Assembly (NCBI GenBank): GCA_001643675.2
Contig: LSRY02000038.1
Location: 372,001-436,000, forward strand
Length of the DNA stretch: 64,000 nt
Origin: Monocercomonoides exilis PA203
Lineage: Eukaryota; Protista; Preaxostyla
Direction: 5' to 3'
In this document: piece by piece, positions 22,817 through 32,900 of the stretch
Layout: the number at the start of each line of letters is the position of its first letter
Position numbering within the stretch: position 1 is the stretch's first letter
Position numbers and translations under genes: made by a program
The notes under the pieces: generated by a model
The model's input: only the letters and a program-made list of their open reading frames with translations
Told to the model about the DNA's origin: nothing
Database searches by the model: none

Positions 22817-23056
22817 GGGTGATTCTTTTTGAAAAGTCACAAATGTTTAATTTACAAATAAATATTAAATTTCATATTTTGCTAAATATTTTGCTAACAA
22901 ATATCAAGCTTAACTTTAAAGGAATCTATTTCTTGAAAATGCAAATTAAAACATTCTTGAGGAAATTTGTGAGTGAAAGCAGAAATTTGAGCAAAATATG
23001 AAATTTTTGATATATTTGAAAATTAAACATTTGTGACTTTTCAAAAAGAATCACCC
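22817..23056 (+). mobile_element. MITE family A (~240 bp, long TIRs, AT flanks)
   Basis: The left end GGGTGATTCTTTTTGAAAAGTCACAAATGTTTAATTT is the exact reverse complement of the right end AAATTAAACATTTGTGACTTTTCAAAAAGAATCACCC. Flanked by AT on both sides; non-coding. Confidence 0.85.
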
Positions 23057-24449
23057 ATATGTTTATCATAAATAAAAATTATCCGAAACCATTAAAAATG
23101 TTCTGATAACTGTAAAATCCAAATAAAACTTTATTGTTAATTCAGCATCGAAAAAGAAAAGACCAGAACTACTCTTCTCCTTTTTGCGATGAAGATGCAG
23201 AAACAAAAGAATTGAAAGTTAAGGCCGATTCAACTGAAGGAGCATTGTCAAATCCTCATTTTGCCAGTGCGGTTCAACAGCCAGATCAAACAATAAATTC
23301 TGAAGAAAGGCAGCACAAAAAAGAAGAGTCCGTCAGCATTCCCCTTTTTTGAACAGTCAGAGCAATACTCCCGTCAACAGCGAAGCAGATGTTGATTCCT
23401 TTGACAAAACACCACAAACACTGTGCGCAACAGCAGAATGTGCCTTTGAGTTCCATTATTTTTTAGCCAGCATTTTCTTCAATAGCCTGTTTGTCATATT
23501 TGCCTTTCCAAGTGAAGCCAAAAAGATTTCATTGATTTTGTCAGTTTTTGAAATCCATGTTCAATTCCATTCCGAATTGCATTCTTCTTTGAATATGTTT
23601 CTATTTCCATTGCAACTTTATCAGATTTGTCGAAAATTCATTTATTGCTTTTTAACATTGAAAAGTAATATTTTGAACATCACTTGGGTATCAACCACGT
23701 GACATTCATTACGAGGTATTAATCATTAATTCGTAAATTCTATTCAAATGGTTTTCACAATTTTCCATCATCTTTTTAGATATTTTGGCACGAGATATTT
23801 TGAAGTAACATCATTTTTTAAATGAAATACACACAATTTTCTTAGAAAAGTAATGGATTTGGAGAGATTCTGTATTGGAAGGCTTTGTATAGAAAGATAG
23901 GATAACATAATTGAAGCTCAAGGAAGAGAGCGAAGAAAAAGAGGAAAATTGAAAAGAAAGTGAAAAGATGAGGTGCATGAGAAGAAGAAGAAAGAGATGG
24001 AAACAAGGCCAATGCAGAACGGAAAGAGAAGAGCAAGAGATTGTGAATGAAGAAGAGGCAAATGAGGTTGTTCGTTTTTAGCAATGAGAACATATGGTTT
24101 GCAGAGAAATTAAATTGTGCGCTTGCTTGATTGAAGAAAATTTTTGTTTTTTTGAATGATGAAAGATTTGAAGAAATATGAAATATGAGAAACGATAGAA
24201 ATTATTTCTATTCTAATTTTTATTTATTTTGGAAAAGGTGTTTTTGAGTTCAGATATTCACTGTTCTTGTTAATTGTTAATTCTTTTTGTATTATTGAAA
24301 TTAAGAAAAACAAGGATTTGATGAATATTTTGTTTATTTAATCAGTTTTTTTTGAAATGCTCCATGAAAAATGAATGAAAAAAACTCTTTCACATATTAA
24401 TTGTTCACCAAGTGTTGTTAATTGCGGAAGTCCAAAATAAACTGGCATT

Positions 24450-25850
24450 TTATCGATGTTCATTATTCCCCATACCCATCCCTTTGTTTGTCTTGTTTTT
24501 CTTGTACATGAAAGCGGTTATGATTTATTGTCCAATTTCACAATTTCGATCACATTTTTGAAGCTTTCTTAAAAGATCAGAGCTGTTGAAGGAGCTTTAT
24601 GATAATCATCCACAAGTCCACTTTCTTTGAATGCAGAAAAAACGTTGATCGATGAAGAAACTTGTTGAATGGCATTCACTGCAACCCACAAAAGTTGTTC
24701 CACGCTGTCGTGTGTTGAACCCGATCGAACCTGTTGAATTTGAAGCTTCCAGAGAGAGAAAATTGACAAATCCAATGACTGCAGCAAATGTGTGGTATTC
24801 GGAGGAAAAACCAAAAGCAAAATATTTTCTTTAGCAAGACGAGTCAATATGTTGTCCGACAGGTGTATTCGACACCCATCAAGCAACTGCACTGCTTGTG
24901 TATGTTTATCTGGCAATATCATTCTTTTGATGTAGAAATGAGGAATGAAAACTTTCTCAATCCATTTTTCAAACAACTCAGTAGTTAAATAAGATGAATT
25001 TCCGATTTCCACACAACCATGAATTCAAGTTTGATAGCCAAGAGATTGAAGGGATCTTGTGTTGAACGGTTTTTGCACCAGAAAACAAGGAGTAACAAAA
25101 GTTCCATCTAGTGAAATGCAGTGGAGCAATGATATTCTTTTTTCTCCTCTGTCCACAGGCGTGTGACCCATTTCACGATTTTCATTTGTTCTAACTATTA
25201 AGTTCACCTTTCTTGTATCTTCATGGGCATGATAACCTGATTCATCAGCACAAAAGATCATTGAAGAATATTTTCCATTCACACATTGAGTCAAATGATT
25301 TTTCCAGGGAATAATACTTTGTTCCTAAATTTTCATTCTTTTTTCGTCTCTCACGCTTGAAGGAACGATCATCTATTTTTTCGCTATTCCTTTTTATGAA
25401 TGAAGAATAAAAATTGTTAAAAGGCGTTTTAACGCAAACTTTCGCAACAACGGCTCTCAGCGTTTTCGGTGTGATTTGCTTTCTTTTATCTCTCTAATTT
25501 TTCAGTATTTCCATGACTCATTTTTCTTGCTTTCGAGTCATCAACATGTTTTTTTTCTCAATAACCTTTTTCCTTATTTATCCGGTGCTTTCCTGGCAGA
25601 CAAGGCTCGGTGTGCAGTTGAGTGCCTTTGCAATTCGCACGTTTGAAGGTATTTTAACTAAACTAATTTTGCAAGCGTTGAAGAAGGAACGAATTAATGA
25701 AACTTTTGTTTTTGAAGGGTTTCGAGACAAGAATGATGAAATGAAGTGGAGGTCTAATTTTGGAATAAATCCTGTTAAAACTGTTTCAAATGAAGATGTT
25801 ATAAAAGTTGAAATAACGAAAGGCATTTCCAATAAAAAGATAGTCAAATT
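24450..25850 (-). pseudogene. Decayed pogo/Fot-like (DDE_1, DD35D) transposase
   Basis: ORFs 25025-25294 (IFCADESG, ISLLHCISLDG) and 24569-25012 (YLTTELFEKW, LLDGCRIH, FPPNTTHLLQSLD) give a D..D35D triad, separated by a stop codon. The upstream fragment SNVRIAKALNCTPSLV is HTH-like. Boundaries approximate. Confidence 0.85.
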
Positions 25851-26263
25851 TGAATAACTGAAACAACCATAATAATTAAAGAATTATCGTTGGCAACATT
25901 TAACAATTAACATGAACGGTGAGTAACTGTTATAATTATACCTCTGTGACGTGACAAGTTTAAAAAAACATTTCTCTGTCACAGAAAAAATGAGAAGAGA
26001 AGAAAAGAAAAGAAAAAGAAAAGAAAAGAATAAAAGAAATGAAATTGAATTAAATTGAATTAAATTGAATAGAATAAAATTAAACAAAATAATACGAATG
26101 ATTCCGAAAACTTTATAAAACTTCATAAAGATTTAAGGAAAAAAATTTTTTTATTTAATCTGAAATATCTATCTTTTCCTTTTTTGTCAGTGACGGTCGA
26201 TGACAAATTGTGACAAAAATATTCCTCAACTGACATTTCATGTCAAACAAACAAACAAACAAA

Positions 26264-26311
<48 letters not shown>

Positions 26312-26345
26312 AATCCGAAAAAAAATTTTTTATCATTTCAAATAT

Positions 26346-26587
26346 GCGTAATAATTTTTGAAAAGTCGCAAATGTTCAATTTTCAAATAAATCAAAAATT
26401 TTTTATTTAACTCATATTTTTGTTAACATTCACCAAACTTCACTATAATGGAATCTATTTTTTTTGATAATGTTATTTCATGAATTGGTAAGAAAGTTCA
26501 TGAGCGGAAACAGAAATTTGAGCAAAATATGAAATTTTAGAGTCATTTGAAAATTTAGCATTTGCGACTTTTCAAAAAGAATTACCC
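26346..26587 (+). mobile_element. MITE family A copy
   Basis: ATAT|GCGTAATAATTTTTGAAAAGTCGCAAATG ... CATTTGCGACTTTTCAAAAAGAATTACCC|ATAT. The internal CAGAAATTTGAGCAAAATATGAAATTTT is shared with 22817-23056. Confidence 0.82.
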
Positions 26588-26960
26588 ATATGAATAACTT
26601 TTGGCGTATAAAGTTAAAAAAGAGTTTCTTTCTTCTTATTTCTTTCAAAATAGAAGCCCAGTTTCATAAACATAGATGATTATTTGTAACATCTTGATTT
26701 TTGAAATTTTGAAATCATAAAAACTTTTCATAAACTCATTAATAATAAAAGATGAAACCAAAAATTCAAAAAGGTTGTATCAATGCATTCCTCAAAAACA
26801 GAAATGGAGAAAAATACAGCCCATTACTAAAATTTTCTGAATTGCAATTATTTTGAAATTGAAAAAGAAAAAGAAAAAGAAAAAGAAAGAAAGAAAAGAA
26901 AGAAAAGAAAGAAAAGAAAAGAAAAGAAAAGAAAAGAAACAATGCAAAGCAGTTCCTCTT

Positions 26961-29900
26961 TCATAGCAAATTATCTGTCTGCTGATAATCATTAACATCT
27001 GATGCTCTTTCAATTACTGTTGGTTTCTCAACAAATAATATCGAAATGCTTCCACTTCCTCCTTCCCCTTCTTGCGAATCATCATTTAAATCGATTGCAT
27101 CAGATATTGTGAGAACAACGGCTCCAGCTGGAAACCTCTGGATAAACTCCCTCTTCAGTGTGACCACTGTTGGTCGTGCTGTTTCTTGCTCTGAAAAGCA
27201 TCCTTTTATAATGTCATGATATGCTGATGAGCTTATCATCTGAATGCTTGACCTCTCTCCATTTTCTATCTTCTGTCCAGCTGTCTCGGCATCATATTCT
27301 CCAAACGGGATATCCAGAGTCAAGCACTCCCACAACATCATCCCGATCGAAAACACAACTGACTCCTTTGTTGCTCCCATCTTCTTGTTGATCAGTAATT
27401 CAGGTGCCTTCCACCTCAGGCACTCTTTTTTTAAATCATCATCCTCCTCAAATGCTGATGAAGGAGGAGGTGAGTCAGTGAATCTCTCGCTCATCAGTGA
27501 GATATTGGAGGAAGAAGAAACAATGGTCAATGAAGAGCTGGAGGAAGTGTCTGAGTCTGATGAGCAGTCTGAGTGGAGTGCAATGCAGATAACCATGTGC
27601 TCCGAGAAGAGAACAATGTGAGGATTCAGATTCTCGAAAGATGAAAGAGGGTATTCCATTTCATCAAAGGAATGAAGAGCTCCATTCGCTACCCAGAATA
27701 GGATCTGGGCAGCTGTTTGTTCTCTTTCTTTCAATGTGCCAATCGCCATCTCTTTTGTCTTATTCAGCCCATGAAGCAGCATGAACAGCGAATCCCTCAA
27801 ATCCACAATCAGCTTCTCATGTGGAGATGAGCATGCAATTGCATCCACCAAGTTTGACATTGATGAGGTTGTGGGACACAGATCCTCTCTCCGAACAAAT
27901 GTGGAATCAGAATCAGTCGTATCTGTTGTTGAAGTGGATGAGATAGATGGTGAAGGAGTTCTTTTCCTTATTTCTTCTTCCTCATCTTTCTCCAATGCCC
28001 ATTCAGGAATCTTGTCTGAGTCTCTTCCCAGAATGTATTCAGTGGATCCGCTCTCAGAGAGAAGATGCTCTGATGACTCCGAATGAGCCATCTTCTTTGC
28101 GTACACCCTCTTTTTGATCCTCTCTTCATTCTTATTCTCTGCTTCCCTCTCAGCTCTCCTCCACTGCTCTTCAGGTGATATCTCCATCGTTACCATCTCA
28201 AACGCCTTCGGATCCTTTCTGATGTTATCATTCACTATCTCCCTCAAATCTTTGTTCTCGTTCTTCGCCTTCCTCCATCTTATTGCCAATATAATTGATA
28301 CAATGAGAACAATTAATAATACCACAACAAGCACAATCACAATCAACAACCAATAAGATTTCACTTCTTCCCTTCCTTCAACAACTTTTTCATTTCCATT
28401 CTTTGATTCTGTTTTGTTCTTCAGAATCTGTGGAGAAGTCTCTACCGATTGTTTTCCAAACAGAATCATCACTGACACCTCTGTTTCATCTGAAGCCAAT
28501 GAAATGTTCTCTGATGGAACTCTTCCAATCACTTCTGTTTCTGAAACAAACCCATCTTCCTCAAACTGATATGTCTCAACCAACTCCACATCTCCTGTTT
28601 TATACACAACTCTGAATGACAAGTCGCATGGCACAAAAAGGGATCCCTTGAATTTCACAACAATATTGCTGCCATTTTCATTCACTGAAATATCTTCCAG
28701 TCTGGGAACGAAGAAAGGAGATTGCCTTTCTGCTGCAATTCCACCAAGGGAGCATCCATCATTCAAAATCCAAAGAGAAGAATTGGGCATCAACCCATCT
28801 CCTCCTTTCAAACTATTTATGTTCAATATTCCAGAATCTGAGCAAATGATGTTTCTTCTCACTGATGGATATTTTTCAATGAATGGATTGTTGTTCTCAA
28901 ACTTTCCTTCAATTATTGTCACACTCCCTCCACTCACAGACAATCCCCCTTTCCCACTCTCCTGAATCCTCGTATCCTTCATCACAACCCTGCTCTTCTC
29001 AACCCCAACCATTGATCCATTCCACTTGCATATCCTTTCTCTTCCCTCTTTTTCCTCCTTCTCATTCATCTCCATTAAATTTCTTTCTTCATCTTCTTTG
29101 TCCACTCCTCCACACACATCACACATCTCAATCCACACATCTTCACAATTCTCCACCAAAACAATCCCTCCCTTTTCTCTTCCACTCTCACACCCACTGA
29201 ATGTGCAGTTTGACAGATTCCCATCTCCACTCCCTCTCATCCCCATCACACTCCACTCTCCCATTATTGTTATGTTCTCCATCCCCACTTCTTTCACACT
29301 CACTCTCGCCTCCCCTTCCACAACAATCATTTCTCCCTCTGATTCCACATCCCAAATCCTTGTCTCATCCATCACAGCAAGCGATTCCCCACAGAAAACA
29401 ACCAATCTGCCACAATGACAAATGTTCCTTATTGTGCATCTCACCATCTCCATCTCTCCTCCCTCCACCCCAACCAGTGTGTTCTTCAGCATCTTTCCCA
29501 TCCCACTGGCCGAACCCTCAAATGAGCATTCATTCATCACCATCTGCCCCTCCTTCACTTTCACAACATATTTCTGTGTGCTCTCAAACATCTCTCCAAA
29601 CACAAACAAACACCTCTCCACCACACTCTCATTCACAAACACCATCATGCTCCTCTCCTCTCCTCTTTCCTCCATCTTCCCCTCAAAATGCACTGTCGCC
29701 TTCTCCCTCCCCATCGACACCATCCTCACATCCCCAATCACACATTCCTCTCCCATCATCCCTTCTCCATCAATCCACAGCACATTCATCATGCTTCGTT
29801 GAATGTGCTGCACAGCATTTCCAATGCTCTCACACGGATGGTTCTGTGCTCCACACTGCCTGTTGTCACTCCCATTCACACACACAAACACCTGTGAAGA

Positions 29901-32900
29901 ATAATAGAATGTGATCAGTGGGATCAGATCAACATCAACTTTCCCTTCTCCGTCACTCCCACACATCGAGTCCTTCCCCTTCAGTGCCTCCTGGCTGAAG
30001 TCCAATCCAAACAGCCTTTCATTCAGCTGCAAGTCAATCGAGTCACATCGGATGAACACATCCTTCCCCACAAATGCATCATTCATCATGAATCGGATGT
30101 TCTCCAATCTCAGCCCAAGTGGTGGTATTTCCGTGTTGGTGTGCTCCCCATTCGGATCAAGTGCATCAATCATCATCCCTCCTCCCCTTCCATTCCCTGT
30201 TGAGCACACACACATCCCAAATGAGCACCCACTCACTTTCATCTCCGACTCGCCTCTCTTCATCAGCATCTTCATCCCTCCTCCTTCCAAGCTTCTCTCG
30301 CTCATGCACTTCGTCAGCACACACCCTTCAATCTCACATTCCATCCCATTCAAGAACGATCCCACGCTCATCACACATGCCCTGTTCTCTAAACATGTGA
30401 TGTTTGCAAATGAGGAGCTGTTCACCCTCACGATTTGTTTTGTGTTCTCTCTTGCTTTGCTGATCAACACATTTGTTGGGAATGCCCGACTCAGCGATAT
30501 TAGACTACTTCCTGAGATTGTTGTGTTCGAAACTGACACATTCATCACATCAACACTCTTCACATCTGCTGTGAATTCGACAAACCCTTTTGCCAGATTG
30601 AACTGAGAAAGGGTGCAATCCTCAATCACCACACTCCCTCCATCTGCTTTTATCAGGCAATATTTCGTTTCCTTTGCTGAATCCTCACAAACAAATGAGC
30701 ACCTCTTGATTGAAAGTGATGTTGCTGAGGATGTTGCTGAGTGAATGAGCGATGAATGAGAAACAAGTTCATTTGGAAGAGAAAATGATAAATTAGTGAA
30801 TGAAACAACAACATTCGATGTTATCATTCCCCCTTCTTCGCTCACTTTCAAAATTGTTTCTTCATTTTCTCCCTCAATTGACACAACTGGAGTTATTGAT
30901 AATGATAATGATGATAAAAATGAAATCGATTTCTGGAGCAATCCTGATCCAACAATTTTGATGTGTGACTCTCCTTCCCCAAGTGAACCATATCTCAGTG
31001 ATATCAAGTGATCAACTGATGAACATGGTGCTTCTGAATATCCACACCCACTGAAGTCTCCTCCTTTCTCTCTCGAAACAAACCCATTTCCGCTCCAATT
31101 ACTCCACAAATACACAACCAATGGAATCACATATCCCTTCTCTCCTGTTGTCTTCATCTCCCATCCACACAACTCATCCAATGACTTCAACTCCTCTTCA
31201 TTCATCTCCCATTTGAAGTGCTCCTTGTTCACAATCTCTCTCAGATCCCATCCCGAAACAAACACATTCTTCCCTTTCCAGGCATTGCATCCCTCAAATT
31301 CCATTCCTTCCATCACAAATGATCCAATCTCTTCAGGAAGTTCAGCAAACATCCCTCCCCCCATTCCTCTTCCTCTATCCTCTCTATCCTCTGTTTGAAC
31401 TTCACATTCAGATAAATTCACATTTTTCATATTCAAACTTCCTCCACTTCCAACTGAAATCATCATCCCTCCTCCTTTCATTCCACTTCCACCTGAACAT
31501 ATTGAAGACAAATTGCATTCTTCAATTTTTGAACTTCCTCCTTCCTTCATCCCAACATTCAAACATCCTCCTCCAATTCCACCTTCCACTTCCATTCCAC
31601 TCACTCTGCTGTTCAAAATCTCCAATTGAGCTCCACTTGTCATTGATATTGGCGATTTCCCATTCATCTTCAGTGTCACTCCACTTTCCATCAAAAATCC
31701 ATCAACAATCAGATTCCCTCCCTCAACGTTTATCACATTATATCCTATCTTTCCATCTGTCAACGCCTCACCCTCAAATGAAACTGAACAGTTCGTCACA
31801 CTGAGTGTTGATATTGAGTGAATGAATGCACTTCTCCTTGAATTCAACTGATCTTTCACAACAAATGAAAGTCTGCTCATTGTCAGTGAACTCGAACATC
31901 CAACAAGCCAATCTTGTGTGGCTGATCCTCCATCACTCACATTCACTCCCGTCCTCTCTCCATCTGATGACACTATTCTTCCTGAAATTATCGCACCAAA
32001 TGAAAAAAATTCAATTTCATCCTTTATTGACGAAGAAGAGACAACTTCCATTTCATTTGAACTTTCACTCAATCTCGAGTTTGCACAATAATCAACTGTC
32101 AAGCAGCCAAACCCTTCAAATCCACATCGATTGTGATCCATTCCATTTCCTCCACTCCCATCAACAAGCACTTTTGTCCCCATTGTGCACAAATACACAA
32201 ACAGTGGAATAACTCCACTTTCATCCCCATTTTCACTCCCACTCAGCTGAAACACATCTGATGGAATTTCTCTTGTGTCAAAAAATGCAAATGTGTTTGT
32301 ATTCACTTTTGACTCCAAAAACACACCACCTCCACAACTCACAAACACATCCTTCCCATATTCTGCAACATTTTGAATTTCTTTCGAAAACTCAACATTC
32401 TCTCCAATTGTCAACCCAGATCCCCCACTCTCCATCACCACATATAATCCTCCTCCTCTCCCTCCATTTCCTTCAATACCCATTGCAACACATCCATCAA
32501 TCAAACTTGTTCTATTCACAACAACTTCTCCCTTTCCTTGCAAACAAATATGTATTCCTCCACCATTCCCATTCTCGCATACACATCCCTCTATTGTTGC
32601 GTTGCTCACCACAAATGTCTCCTCTCTATTCACACTCTTTGCCACAACCACCCCATCTCCTTCTGTCAGATTCACATTCCGAATTGTCACATTTGACAGA
32701 AAACTCTCTTCTGATTCAGCTTCTCCTGATGATGGCTCTGAGAACAGAGGCTGACTCACTTTCATATCTTTGATCTCCACATCAATCATCCTCAGCTGTG
32801 ACAGCGCCACCACAAATACAGATGACGATATAACATTCGTCCCAACAACACTTGATGAGATCAGAACATCCTCCAATGAGAGAGAACCGCTCCCATCAGA

